Below are positions 13,051 through 27,873 of a stretch of DNA of 64,000 nucleotides, one piece after another (position 1 is the first letter of the stretch; every line of letters starts with the position of its first letter). The notes beneath the pieces are model-generated. The model ran no database searches. It was not told the origin of the DNA and was given only the letters and a program-made list of their open reading frames with translations. This stretch comes from Rhizophagus irregularis (taxonomy: Eukaryota), in assembly GCF_026210795.1 (NCBI RefSeq), contig NC_089434.1:5332001-5396000 (forward strand). The letters run 5' to 3'. Made by a program: the position numbers and the translations under genes.

Positions 13051-13784
13051 AGCAGTGCATATTGAAGCGGGTCATATGAAAGATGCAATATTCTTTGTAA
13101 ACTATCATCACGCAGTTTACTGTAAAAACTATATCCCGATTTGATGATAGATATCATAATTGCCGCGACATCAGAAGCAGTAGGAGTGTTATAATGGCAG
13201 GATCACAATAAATTCGCATAGATATATCATATATCGGCAACATCATTTGTCAGAAGTATATCTCTTATTTGGCGAAAATTCTGGATATATGGATTGTGAG
13301 CATCCAACATATCTTGCAAACATCCTACATAATGCGAAGCCGATTACTATTCTCATGATAAGGAATAGAATAGCTATAGTTACTTTATGGAGGGAGTCCT
13401 TTCTTACCAGAGGAATTGAAGAAATGCCTGATGTGAGGTTTTCGATTATATTAATAAAAGCCCAATATTTTTTTTAGGTGGGAACAATTTTGGATTCAGT
13501 ATTCAATAATAAGCCCTCAATCTAAACCCATAAATGACTGACGATCACGTGAGTGATCAGAGAGAAACGCCCGTGACCACAAATTTTTCATAGTGTCGAC
13601 AATTACTGCTTCGTCAATGCAGTTTCCTGAGGATTGTCCAATTCCTTGGATTCAACTTCAAAGAAAATCCGGATCAGGGGCTCTAAGAGGATTCCCGCAT
13701 ATAATGAGTTGCAGAGTTTTGCCAAAGGAAGCCTTGCCCATAACGATCTTTGAATAAAATATTACAATGGGCGAGTACGTGAAT

Positions 13785-13868
13785 GGGGAGAAGACGAAGA
13801 GAGCAAAGGCTGCAAATGCTTTTATAATATTTTCTTCTAGATATGTGAAAACAATCCAGAATACGTGA
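13785..13868 (+). pseudogene. Truncated MATA-type HMG-box fragment (copy B)
   Basis: GEKTKRAKAANAFIIFSSRYVKTIQNT*, with the same stop position as copy A. Confidence 0.55.
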
Positions 13869-16800
13869 AATTAACAATAATAAAAATTGAGATTTTTTGC
13901 GCCTTTTTTTGTGGTGTTTTTTTTTAAAAAAAATGAAATGTTATGAATTAATTAAGTGTAAATGGTATACCTCATTTTTTTCTTAATAAAAAAAATATGT
14001 TTTTTGTATCTTCGAATCTAATGCATTATTTGTCATATTCCGACTATTCCATTATAATTAATTCATTTGAACCTACCACGGACTTTCGCATTCATTGGTG
14101 GCGTGAGTTGTTTTAAGTCAATAAAGCCTATCAATTATTGGAGGAAAAAAAGCGATACTAAAGATGATCCAATTTGATAAATACAAGAATCAGTATCCAT
14201 AATGACAAAAAAAATTATTTATATTTTTATATATTTTGATAGTAATTAACGCAAAAAATCTTTACAGAATTTTATTCAAAGAATAAACTGAAATTTGTTA
14301 TTTATTTAACAACAATTAGGATCTTATATGTAATTATTCAATTCTCAGCCCTGAAAGGACAACACACACTACACTAGTGCAGTTAGTCATTAGTCGACAA
14401 TTATAATTAATTCACGGATAAGACAAATAAAAATATTGGATTATGATCCGTTAAGATCCAATTTTGGGGTTATTGCATGAAATTCATTTATGTAACTTAT
14501 GTAATCACTCTAAAAAACAATAAAACGCCTAAATGTTTAATGCAAATTGTAAATAAATAAAAATTGGGTTTATAATAATGCAATATTGGCTGGCAGCCTT
14601 TCCGTATTTTTTTCTTTTTTACGTTCATTCGCACCCATAACACCACCATTGCGAAATAATTTGTGTAGTATGTATAATGAAATCGATCTTTGTACAGTAC
14701 TTTGGAAATGAATCACTATAATGATGACGCGATCCTCCAAAAAAAGGGAAATTGATTTTGAGAACAAGGAAAAATTTTATGATGAATATTATAATGAATA
14801 TTATCTTGTTTAAAGAATTTATTGGATTATTTTCACCAATTCTGCTGAAAACTTGACATATCTTAACGAATATAAAGGCCACTTTATTATGATTAAAAGA
14901 TGATATCATTAGATAGACAATCATGTTAGGTTAATGAGCCACATTCTTTTTTTTCAGGCATAGATACAATAGCCTAAGTCATGGAATCTACTATTTAATT
15001 AAAATTGTAATCATTAATTAATTGCGTATAAAGAAAGAATCGGGCATATTTTCTCTTTTTTCTGAAACTAACCATCTTTGTAACAAAAACTTCGATCGTG
15101 ATCGCTATAATATCATTATCATCAAAGATTTTGAGAAAACATTAGATTGAAATAAGTATTAAAAAATACTATTTGCTTAACTGTTAAAGATTCTCTTTTT
15201 TTTAACACGAAATCCTTTTAAAATAAATGTTATAATCCTTTTCAGTAACGTTCAACATAATTCTACGTAATATTTGAATCGTATACATAGTTAAACATAA
15301 ATATTATATAATATTAAATAAATAAACTTATTATTGAACATTCTAAACTAATATCATAGAGACATATCTTTGTTTTATTTCTAATATTTTTAAAAATTTT
15401 GATTATTTTAGTATAAAGAAAAAATTCTATATAATAAAAAATTTTTATACATTATACTACCTTAAAATTTCATTTCATCGTCTCTTAATAGGTTTAAGAA
15501 ACACATTTTATTAGTATTCACGGCGTTCATTTCTAGAAAATTGTGTGATCTGTATTCTAAAATCTAGAGCGCAATGTCTAAGTTAAACAATAAATTTATT
15601 GCAATAAAAGTCTTTGTGCTAATATACTGTATATTGCATAAAGAATTAATGAAATAAACTAAATAATATCCATCATGTTTTTTACAATGTTCGATAAAAT
15701 ATTTAATCTTAGAATCTGTCATCCACGATGGAAAAGCTTTTTATATGATTTACTAACCACAGTGTTGTTTCACGTGATCATATATTGAGATGTGAAATCT
15801 ATTTTTAGAAGCTAATAAATATTGAAGTATTATCTCCTAAATTAACATATCATATCATAAGTCTAGAGCGATAGTAATAGTGTCAAAAGATTTCCCTCCG
15901 CAATCTTGTTGGCCAAAAATTCACACATTATATTTAAAGATTATATTGTGCTACATTATGCAACATTTTGATATAATCCATCGATTCTCTACCAATGATG
16001 ATACCGACTTTGATCCAAAAGCAAGGTGAGTAATTTGATTAGATTTTTTTTAACTTCTATTGGTACTTAGTCCAAAAAAACTACAATCGAGAAGAAAGCT
16101 TGATTGCAGAAAGGAACGTATTGAACAAAGAATTTCTGCATTAGGAATTTGAATTATAATCGGCAGCTCTATTAGAAGATACACTAGAGATAGCAATGTG
16201 GTAGGAAGGTTTTCTTTTCAGTTTGATAAAAATATATCGACATAGATGGAATTAATGTAATTAATGTAATTAATGTGATAAATTATTTTAGAGAATTTTC
16301 ACATTAATAATAACATACTGTATATACTATATTCTTATTAAAACAGGAGATTCATTTTGGTCTGGCATAATCAGTTTGCGGATCTGTTTTGGCTCTGGTT
16401 CGGGTCCTCGATTCTTAAAACTCGATTTAAAAAACTCGTGATATCAAATTATATTTCTTTCCTGGTTAATATTAGCAAGAACACGAAATTCTGAAGGTGA
16501 ACGCTGTTCAACCGTTGTCAAATCCATCAAACGTGTAATGATTTTGCGGTAAATGTAAGCAGCTTCGTCTACAGGATTAACGATTGTCGATTGTCATCTC
16601 AGAACCAGATATTTGTCATCATCGAGGCGAGGCCTGCCTAAGTCACCCTTTCTGGAATTTTGGAAATTAAGGATATGCTTATAGTAAAACATTTCTTCTT
16701 TACTGCAAACGGATTTGATTTACAGATCCAGACTGTAAGGCAAATTGCGTGAAATTGGTGTGATTTAATCCTTGTTAAGATTTCTTTTAGCAATTCTTCT

Positions 16801-17526
16801 CCATTAGGAAATATAGGATCCCAAATCCTGTTGTAAATATATTGAGTTGCGTCTTTAATTATTAAATCAAAGATCCAAAGAAGGAGTGTTTTTAAATTCG
16901 ACTCCAGGTGATTTTGCCAAGCTCCTTTATGAAATTTCAGGCAATATAAGTCTTTTAGGATCCAAAGATGAATATCAAATGGGATCTATTGTTCAACAAA
17001 CTATTTTATAAAATCAATAAAAATTGAATTGAAAAAGTGACCGGTAGTTATAATGCGTACCAGTAGAACGGTAAAACTGTAAATCAAATAGTTGTCATTT
17101 CCATGATCACCAATATTAATCTTTGAACAAAGTGAATTCGTTCAACTGAGCAAGAACATATCAAAAAAACGACTTTTTGGTTACAACATATCGTCATTCT
17201 AGATTTGCATAGATACCAGTTTCGATACTGCATGTGATCATAATAATCACCAAACAATGTGTGATGAGTTGATGATCTTATTTTTATTTAATCTTAACAC
17301 TTTTAGTTATATGTATTCAAAGTTAATTTTTTTTCGTACTTGATTAGTGCTTGATTGAAATGCCGTTAATGCCGTTGCACATTCAGCTGTAACTTCTAAG
17401 CAGAAAATTGGACTAATGGTTATTAGTTGATATCAGGATGGGTTACGAATTTTTCCTTGACGTCTTATTCTCCGATGAATGTAAGAGTTCATTCTTCTTA
17501 ATTACAAATTCTCTGCACTCACCTGC

Positions 17527-17852
17527 TACCCTGGAAGAGCCCGTTCTATTTCTGGAGGAGCTGAAGTATGGCAAGAGTATTATCAATCTGCCATCTCATT
17601 AGGGACAAAATAATGATAAACATTGACTTAAGTGCAACTGCTTTATATAAAGGTGGTCGTTCACTTGTCCAAATTGTTGAAAAATAATTGGAATTTAGAT
17701 TTCCTGATGATCTACGTGAGGGTCTTTCTGAAAGGGAACATCAAATAGTTAAGAGAATAATAAGAAACCTCAAAATAAGAGTTAACCATAGAGCCGAAGC
17801 TCGAACCAGTTCCAAGATTGAAAGATTAACACAAACTCCCGCATCTTCAAAA
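17527..17852 (+). pseudogene. Argonaute linker-1 (ArgoL1) to PAZ-start fragment
   Basis: YPGRARSISGGAEVWQEYYQSA (frameshift) KIMINIDLSATALYKGGRSLVQIVEK*LEFRFPDDLREGLSEREHQIVKRIIRNLKIRVNHRAEARTSSKIERLTQTPAS. Classic Ago L1 (GG.EVWQGYYQS; MMINID.SATAFY) leading into PAZ (L+NLKIRVNHR). Confidence 0.93.
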
Positions 17853-20169
17853 AGTTGATATTATTGTAGAGTTGTTATTTCCATAATTTGGAAAGATCCT
17901 TTGCATCAAATAATTTGATATAAATAAATATTGTATAGTGTTACGATATCAAAAAGGTAGAATATATTTCTACTAATATTACCTACTGAATGTTTCAGGT
18001 ACAAAAGTTGACGATTTGCAAAAATCGTATTTGTTATAATGAGGTTTGCCAAAAGCAATAGAGTAAAAAAGCCCTAAGCCAACGTTGACAAAATGCGTGG
18101 ATCATAGTTTAGATATAAGAGAAATTTGTAGGTTTACATATTAATATTTTTGCAGAGTAACAAAAAAATTATTGGAAGCTTGGATGAGAAAGACGTTTGA
18201 ACATGAAGTGGGATTAGTAATGCATGCTTACGATTCAAGATCTAATGTGTGCATTTTAATCTAAAGGATGGAACGAATGCGATTTATTCGCTGTGACCCT
18301 AATCATGAAACGGAACAGAAGCAGCAACCGAATTGCTACGCTAGATAGAATCGGATGTCTGAAAATGAAAAAAACAAAACATTATATTGTTAATATTTCT
18401 AAAGGGAGGAGTAAGGGAAGGAGATAGGTAAGCATCAAAAATTATTGATATTATTTTATGTGTACAATTGCACTTAGTAAAACTATTGTTAATGAACCTG
18501 ATATAATGACAAATATATCTTATACGAATAGGTCAAGTATTAATTAGAATGAATCAAGCGGTCGAATCAATTTGGAACCTATACTGGCAACAACCATCCC
18601 GAATCTTATACCCATAAATCATGATACTCTTAACAGTTTGATCACTATCAAACTAATAACCTGTAAAGCAAATGTATCGACACACCAAAAGCTAAAAAGT
18701 TATTAGCTAGTGAAAGTGATTCTCCAGCAAGAGTAGAAATTATTTCACGTACCCTTTATATATATATTGATATATATTGAATATGGACAAATGGGAATAA
18801 GTTTTTAAAAAAAATGTTTATAATGATCCTGTTATAGTCAATTTATTATGAAGAAATTGAATAAAAGACAAGTAGACAAGATGATGATGACTTTCACTCG
18901 TCAGATTCTATCCGTTCATGCTACAGAGCTGAAAATAAAGACATTGAATATCAATTTATTATTAATAGAAAGATATAGATGATTTATATATGGAAAATAC
19001 TAATGGCCAAAAAATGTGTCAATCAGCTTAACAGAAGTTCAAAAAGTCTAAAACATTTTAAGTGAAACAATGAAGTTAATGGTTATTTTTGTAACATATC
19101 ATTTTTTTTTAAGAAAATAATGAAATAATGTATTTTATCATTTATATTTTTATATAGTTATATGATTGATATAAAGAATTTAGTTAGTTATCATATATAA
19201 GATTTTACATTATTTTAATAAAAACTTATTTTTTTTTATGTAATTAATTAAAATTAACATAAAACTCTTTTAATTAATTAAACTCTAGTTAACCTGTTAA
19301 AGCATTAAAGTTTTCAATTCTTTAATCATTGATATGCTAATCATAGTAATATTTAAAAAATTTATAAATACATCTAAAAAGTGCAAAATTATAATTATTT
19401 TACTATAAAATATTTCTTATTTCTAAATTAAACTTTCTGAATATAAAGATAACTTATACAGTGTATTGTACGGCATGAATATTGTAAAAAAACATAATAT
19501 TTCAGAGATAAAATGATGGTGGGTTTTATTTATTTTAATAATAAAAAACGTGTATGAAATAAAATGATGGTAGATTTCGGATCATAATAACTTCTTGATG
19601 GGTCTGAGAAATAGCATATTTTCGTGATAACATCAATTCTACAGCTATAAGATGTAGGTATGCATCATGAGGTATATTCTCTACATCTTGTATATATGCA
19701 ATTGATTGATTGCAATTTTTTTTTTTTAATATAATCATTATCATCATCAAATGTTTACACTATATTCTTTATTTTCTACAGTAAATCCAAAGCCTTTAAA
19801 CTACTCAATCTTTGGAATTGTAAAAGCCATAATTAAATTTTTGAAGTATATTTGTTCTTTTTTTGCAAGATCTTTACTAGCACGTTTAATTTGTATGATT
19901 CTTCATAAGATTTCTGAATTTCAGAAACAGCAATTCTATTATCTGGTGTTATAATCCAGTAAAATAATATTTAGGATTAGAGTAAAGATTAACACATATG
20001 TCATATGTATAACATCATTTATCCTAATTTAGAAATCATAAACAAATTTGCTCACAGTACAGTTTAAGAAATAATTAAAAATAATATTAAATTTATAAAT
20101 AAAGGAAGTTTTAAATTACATAAGTGATTTAAATTTATTTGATAAAAATTTTATATTTTACTTATAATT

Positions 20170-21110
20170 CTAATTCAGTTCAATTTAGTTCAGTTTGAAC
20201 TAAATTAATATAAATTGAATTGTGATTTAGTGATTCAGTTTAAAATACAAATGAACTGAACCATAAGTTGAGTTGACTTAATTCAAACTGTAATTTACTG
20301 AACTATAATCATTCCTAGTCCAGATTAAGGTTGCTTGCTGAAACCTAGGGGTTTAGGCAAGATGGCGTTTCACCGAAAAGCGAAATTCTGCCGAAACTAT
20401 ATTAAAGTTATATTAAAAAACTGGCGAAACTTTGGAGAAAGGTGAAACTGCCGAAACTTATTATAAATGCCGAAACTGCCGAAACTCTGCCGAAACTATA
20501 ATAAATCTATAGTAAAATTTTGACGAAACTAATCGTAGGATTTTGAAGAGGTTTAGACAACACGTTAAAAATCAGATAAAAAAAAGTAAAAAAAGTAGAC
20601 AAAATTTAAATTTAAATCAAATTTGAATCAAATCCAAATTAAAACTGAATCAAATTTAAATCAAATCACTAAATCAAATCAAATTCAAATTTAATTAAAT
20701 CAAATAAAATTATGAATTAAATCAAATTAATTCAAATTATTCAAATTAAATTTGAATTAGATCAAATAAAATTACTGAATTAAATCAGATTTTAATTATT
20801 CAAATTAGATTTAAATCAAATTTGAATCAAATTGAATCAAATCAAATTAAATTATAAATCAGATTTGATCAAGTTTAAATTCAATTTAATTCAAATTTGA
20901 TTTAAATCAAATCAAATTTAAATCTAACTAAATTAATTTAATTCGATCTGTACAGAATATTATATATATTTATGAATTTTGCAGATTATTTGCAGATTTG
21001 TGAATTATTTGTAAATTTGCAGATTATTTGTAATTGCAAATTTGCGAATAATTATTTTTTAAAATCTGCAATATTTCAGTTTGCAATATTGCAAATTGCA
21101 AATAATCCAC
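20170..21110. mobile_element. Cluster of DNA-transposon end fragments with different subterminal repeats
   Basis: AGTTCA/TGAACT repeats (20170-20315). TAGGGGTTTAGGCAAG start followed by (G)CCGAAACT repeats (20346-20530). AAATC/AATT array (20600-20945). TTGCA repeats (20975-21100). No coding remnant recognised. Confidence 0.5.
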
Positions 21111-24100
21111 AATTAAAGTATTGTGAATATATTTTTAACTATAGATGTTTTATAATATTTTTAATTTTTTTAACTTTCAGAAATTTTATAAAATACAATA
21201 TTTTTTTAAAGTTATATAATATTCAAGAAATCAATCACCTCTATATAATGATTAAGAAACTAATAGATATACTTTAAGATATTTTTACTAAGAACTTTTT
21301 ATATAAGAAGCAATCAATAATATGATATCCTTTTAATTATACAAGTATCCTAAAACATTTAATAACTATAGAAAATTCAATCAGTTATTTGATACCTTTA
21401 GAAAGTGAAAGAATCTCTAATACTCCTAAAAGGACTTTTTTTAAAGTCATAAAGGTTAATAGATATCTATAAAGGGTGGGTAGGTAAGGTAGCATCTCAA
21501 ATCCCCCTAGTTTAACCCTATTATTTTTATTTTAATAATATAAATATTTTTATTTACTAATATATAAACATTTAAATATTTTTATTTAAAATAATAATAT
21601 AGATAATTTTATTTAATAATAATATAACCATTTTATTTAATAATAGATATTTTTTATTTGATAATATAAATATTTAAATATTTTTAATAATATAAACATT
21701 TTTATTTAATAATATAAACATTTTTATTTAATAATATAAATATTTTTATTTGATAATATAAATATCTACTTATCAATGTTTACATTCTTCATTCTGCTCT
21801 TAATCTATGAAGATAATTTTTTAGTAATATTTATTAAATATTTTTTTTTTAATAATTTATATATATATGCTTTATTGATATTATATAAATATTTTTTATT
21901 TGATAATATAAATATTTTTATTTTATTTAATAATATAAATATTTTTATTTTTGAAATTTTATAAATAAATAAAAAATATAAATTTAATTAATTAATGCAA
22001 ATTTAACTATTAATTTTATTAATATTAAAACTTAAATTCATTATACTTTTCTCATTTTTATTGTTACTTTTATTATTATTCTTATTATTTAATAAATTTG
22101 AAAATAAATTAATAAAATTTAACTTTTAATTTATAATTATTTTAGTATTTACTTTCTTTAAATTTTCTGGTTTTTTTTTAATATTTTTAAAATATTATAT
22201 AATACTATATATAGTATTTTTCTTTAAATGTATTTCATTTTATAAGATCTACAATTAAATATAAAAATTTTTACTTTTGTTTAATACCTTTTCTTAATTC
22301 TGGTAACTTAAGCTTTAATGTTAATTCTAATAAAATATTTGATATTATATAAGGGATGTAAAATAAAATACCCTGTGTATTATTTTGTATAAAGTTCAGG
22401 ATATTATATGCAGAAGTGTTAAAAAGTAAAGTTAATTTCAAGATTATTATTATTATCAAATAAATCAATTCAGAAGTTTTAGAATTTAAATTGGTAAAAT
22501 AAAAGTAGTATATTACAATTAAAAAAAATTTATTAATAATCTTTTTATTCTCTAAATCTTTATAATAAACTATTTTGTTGTAAGTGTTTATAAATAATAA
22601 GAGACATTGAAATAATTGATCTAAATTTTAAAATTGCAATCATTCATAATGCAATGCAAAAGGAAATAATTAGAAATCATGATCTGAACTTTACATATCC
22701 TTATAGTAATTACAAATTTGAAGTGAAATTGGAGTTCAATGCTTAATAAACTCATAAATCATAATGTAATTGTTAGCTAACAGTCAAAATCTCGGAATAA
22801 TTCAAGGCAAGAAAATTTATAGTTTTTATTATTTTTGTAACACAATATGTTATTCCGCTTTGCATTATTTGCATTACACAATATACTATATAATTTAACA
22901 ATAAAAATAAAATTCGTAATAAAGTAAACGATTAATGAATCAATCGTACTAAAATTTTATTATTATATATTTTATAAATATTTACAGATCTCCTACTTAG
23001 TTAGAACGAAAGGTCTATTTTTCTTTATTAAAGAACTTTGTTTAAAGGATTAAAAGAAACTAAATTTAGAAATGATAAGGAAAGATAAAAATTTAATATT
23101 CAGACTGAAATGAAAAGAAATTCTTAAATTATCCGAGTTGACCCTGAGTCACCAATATATTCGGTACTTAAAATTACAATTGGGACAATGGACATTTTTT
23201 TGAAAGAAAATACTTAATTATTAGAACTAATTGAAGTAATACTTCGAAACAGAACAGAAAAAAATATTTACTAAATAAATACCTGATTATGTACAAGATT
23301 TTATACTTTTATAAATTAAATATAAATAATGAAAGTAAAAATTTCAATGTTTTATATAATTAAAGAAAATGAGATTTTGAACAAACGAGATTTAGCTTCG
23401 AAAGAAAGACCTTATCGTACAAATCAACAATTATTTACTAATTTAAGGGATTAATTAATTTCCTTATATTTTTTGCTCATTGTTTTCTGAATAATACAAA
23501 TGATGTTTCAATGATATTCTATAATAAGGATGGGTAAACAAATTCCCGAAACATATTATGTCGCACAAAGATCGATTAATTATCATTCCTGAACGAGAGG
23601 AACTCAAATTGAAAAAAGTATTAACTGTTAAAAATTAGTAATATTAATTATTATTTTATTTACAAGTTAAATAATATGATAAATAATGTCCGTCCGTGTG
23701 AATTTATAATCCACACCTTCAGCACAAATAAAATTTCATTTACGACTCCAGCACCAATTGAAATAGTGATACTATCAAATTTAATTTCGTGTATCAAATA
23801 ACTAACTGATTTATGGTGACAAATTTTTTTTGAAGATGAAAACAATATAATTTAGTAGAATATAATTTAATAGAACAATATTAGATGAAAACAATATAAT
23901 TTAATACAACAATATTAAATTGAAAGAAATCGGAATTATTATTATTAATTCTATTTTTATTTATCCTTTTTTATACAAAGAAATATCAATCGATTTATTA
24001 AATTTATTAGTGATCGTGCGTGTAACTGTATTTGTTTTGATAAAGAATTCAAATTTAGGAATGATTTATTGGCATACTCGGGAGATAAATTCGTATATTA

Positions 24101-27100
24101 AGGAGTATAATAGAGAATTTTTTAAATTTTGTGGTAGTTACAGGAACATCTTGTTATGTATATTCGGATTATTGTTTTTAATCTCAAGTTTATTCCTTAA
24201 ATTCGAAACGAAATATAGCATACAAATAAGAACAATCTGATCCGACTCATTTCCTAATAAATTTAAATATATTATTGTTGATCGCCATCGTGAACTTCGC
24301 TCCATAAGTTAAACAAATATTGACAAATATTGACAATAATTGTTCCTCAGATTTTTTAATTCATCAAATTGTGTAACAAATTGCCGTACTTTTTTTGATT
24401 CAGAATAGTAATCACGAGATAAAATAGATGCTAGCAATCAGCATATCGGAATATCAAGTCGAATGTTTGCGTTACGTTACTTGTATAATACGTACGTCAC
24501 TAAAATAATATGACTAATCTTAATTATAATAATTCTTTACGCATAATAAATACCTTTTTCTTCTTGATTATACCAATAGGTTACGATTATACCAATAAGT
24601 TACAAAATCGATAGAGATATATTTGTAGATCATTTTTCATGTATAAAAATATTTTTCAGCAGAAAAATTGATGTCGTACAACAAGGTTACATACAAGTCA
24701 TACAAGTTCAAATGTGAAAATGTGAACGAATTTGTTGATCTACGAGATATTGCTCTTGAACATTCAGTTAATTTGTGGCGTTATTTCTTGTTATATGTGG
24801 CAAAATTCCCGGTATCGGAACGATTATAAAAAACAATTACCGCATCTTTTATAGAAAATTCATAACGCAAAAATTTGTAAAATTATACGATACATTTTTT
24901 TCATATGTTTGTAGTTCCTTTTAAAGAATTTCATTTAAACTGGAAAAGTTTCATTCAAGTATGCTTTCGAAGATTCTATTGTTTATCGATCGGATATTAC
25001 GTTTTAATACGTACCCATAAATTAAAAGGGCCATTGTCCGATTTGTATCCATAACCAGAATTTTTATCAATCTATTTGCCATAAATGTAAAACAAGATGA
25101 GAAAATCATATTTGAAATTTATAACTTGTAATTTTAAAAAATATTTTTGATCTTTTATTCTTTTTTTTTTTTTGTATCGAAGACAAACTGCAAGAATATT
25201 CACATTGAACCTTTCGATAAATAGTGTATATTACCTTATTACAAATAATTGGAGTTTTTTTTCTCTTCAATAATTAAAATATTTGAACATGTACTTACTT
25301 TGACACTTCGTACTATTACATATGCTATTGCCAAAATTGGAAACAATAACATTGTTTATTTATTACCAAGTCATTTACTACTGTCATACTTGGATCGGGT
25401 ATCACCCCTATCGTTAAAATGGCTTGGCTTATTTGTGTGAAAATTCATCATAAAGCCATCAAACGATGGATCAATTAATACCAACCCATATATGGTAATA
25501 TATCGATAGACGATCATTAAAGTTTTAAATTTCCTTTTTGATAAATAAGGTAATAAAATTTCATAAGACTCAGATTATCCTCAAATGTTAATGTATTCTT
25601 TTATTGAAAATTTTCGATCATTTCGTGATTTCGATCTTTTCAGCTTGTTCCCATTAAAAACATATTCCAAATTAGAAAATGCAAGCTTCCAAGCCCCCTA
25701 AAGCCTTAATAAAACAAATTGTTGTTTTGATCACAAGGAATTATAAACTAATTCAATTAATCAAACAGGATGTCAATTATAATCGCCTTTTCATCGTCCT
25801 TGCCGTTGACTGTTGGCCGGTTTTCTACAAAGAAAAAACGAAAAAAAACAGCAAGCCTCCAAAAGCCTCTAAAGACCAAACTAGTTCATGTGTGAGTTGA
25901 CACAATCGGTCTTACCGTTAACTGGTTTTTGTAAAAAAAAAATCGAAAATTTTTTATATAAATAAGCTGTCCGTCCAGCGATTGAATTTTTATGACTTTA
26001 TTCATCTTTTCTTCTTTTTCCTACTTTGGTATTAAAACTTACTGAATTCATATACATTCCTTTATAATTACATTATTACAGTATTATAAATTCCTTATCA
26101 CTTTTTCTCGAAATTACCTCTTAATACATTTACTTCCTATCAAATCAATATTTAAATATTTTAAAAACATTATTATTATTTATTATTATTTATTATTAAC
26201 ATTTATTATTAATTATTATTTTATTATATCAATATTTAAATATTTAAATACATTATTTATTATTATTAATTATTATTATATACTGTATATATATATATAT
26301 ATTTTTACAAGATTCTAACTGAATTCTGTATGTTATAATATCATTTTTCATTCCTTTATAAAGAAAAGAAAATAATAAGGCTTGGAAGACTTTATTAAAA
26401 AATATTTATTACATCGACGAATTGCGCTAGATATATTTTTGCAGATTTTTTTTTTTGTAACACTTATCGACGAACTGTGCTAGATATATTTTTTATCGAC
26501 GAACTATACTGGATATAGTATATTTGCAGATTTTATTTATAAAACTCAATAATGTAAGTATGCAATATATTATTTACTATATTAATTGAATAACTATTCG
26601 TTATTAATTAAACATTTCTAATTAAAGCACCGGCCCAAAAAATTTGAGATTTAATTTAAGTAATAAAGAAAAGGCTGGTTTTGGTTATAAAAGGATGACG
26701 TGGTATATTTATAATTTTCGTAATAAATTGTGCAAAGATTCTTAATGAGTCTAAAATATAATTTAAGAATAATTTTACCTTTAGATAGTCAGAGGTCTGA
26801 CTGTTAATTTATTTTTTTGTAGACATTTAGCATTTAGATTAAAAGATAAAAATTTCAAAATAAAAGATTTATTTGATTTATTTGACTGATTTACTGATTT
26901 TATATGTAAAGTATATAATATATATAATTTTATTTTTTTAATAAATATAATTTTAAAAGGAACATAAAGTACAGTATGTGTATTTTTGTCTGTTCTGCAA
27001 GTTTACTTAAAACGTCAAAGTTGATTTTAAATGTCAATTTTGATTTATTTAATAAAATTCTTGTTTTTCGTTAAATTTATTAAATGATCAGCATAGACAA

Positions 27101-27226
27101 TTTACTTTTTGGGAAACCCGTGTCACGTTCAAAATAGTTATAAAAAAGCTTTATGTAATAGCGTAATATTATAAAACAGTGACATTCTTATGATGACAAA
27201 ACAAAATTTCATAACATATTTCTTTC

Positions 27227-27873
27227 TCACTTATGAAACCACAAGTTCAGCACCCTTCGATGTAATGGCCTTTTGCCCAATGCCCAATTGTTTCCGGCGA
27301 ACCTTTGGCCAAAAGGAGGTGCTGAACTTGTAGATTCTGTATTAATAAACACAAGTTCAGGTAATGGCCTTTTGCTAAATTGTTTCCAGCGCCACTTGCT
27401 TTTGGTGGAGGCGGAGGCTAACGTACTGAGCCAGTACCTCCACAAAGGGAATGAGTAATTTGGAAACCTTGTAAACAGTCACAAGATACTGCTTCTTGTC
27501 TAATAATACAGAATCTACAAGTTCAGCACCTCCTTTTGGACAACTTTTTCGTCCAGATAACTTTGCTTTTGGACAAAGAGAACCACCACCAAAAGAAACC
27601 CACCAAAAGAACCATCAAAAGCACCACCGCCCCCCACCTCCACCAAAAGAACCACCTAAACCTGCACCAGCATCAACACCTCTACCCAAAGAGCCACCAA
27701 AAGCACCAGCACCGCCACCTCCTCCTCCGCCAAAAGGGCCCCCACAAAAAAAAACATCAAAAACCCCAGCACCACCACCTCCACCTCCACCAAAAGAAGG
27801 TTCACCAAAAGGACATCCACCCAAAGAAACAACACCTCTACTAATCCAGAAAGGGATATGGAGTATAAAATAA
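27227..27873. pseudogene. Scrambled Pro-rich(+)/Gly-rich(-) low-complexity coding fragment with an internal inverted duplication
   Basis: [13 protein letters not shown] is encoded on - (~27300-27345) and on + (~27505-27545). 27580-27840 reads PPPPPPKE on + and SFGGGGGGGAG on -. Confidence 0.45.

Larger units (their letters stand above)
13630..18603. repeat. Copy B of the local segmental duplication
   Basis: Collinear with 414-8408 except for an inverted segment (~15786-17149 vs ~4965-6224) and copy-specific indels. Confidence 0.95.

Noticed and set aside
20972..21964. ORFs 20972-21277 and 21776-21964
   Set aside because: Low-complexity translations of TTGCA and TTTTATTTAATAATATAAA repeats.
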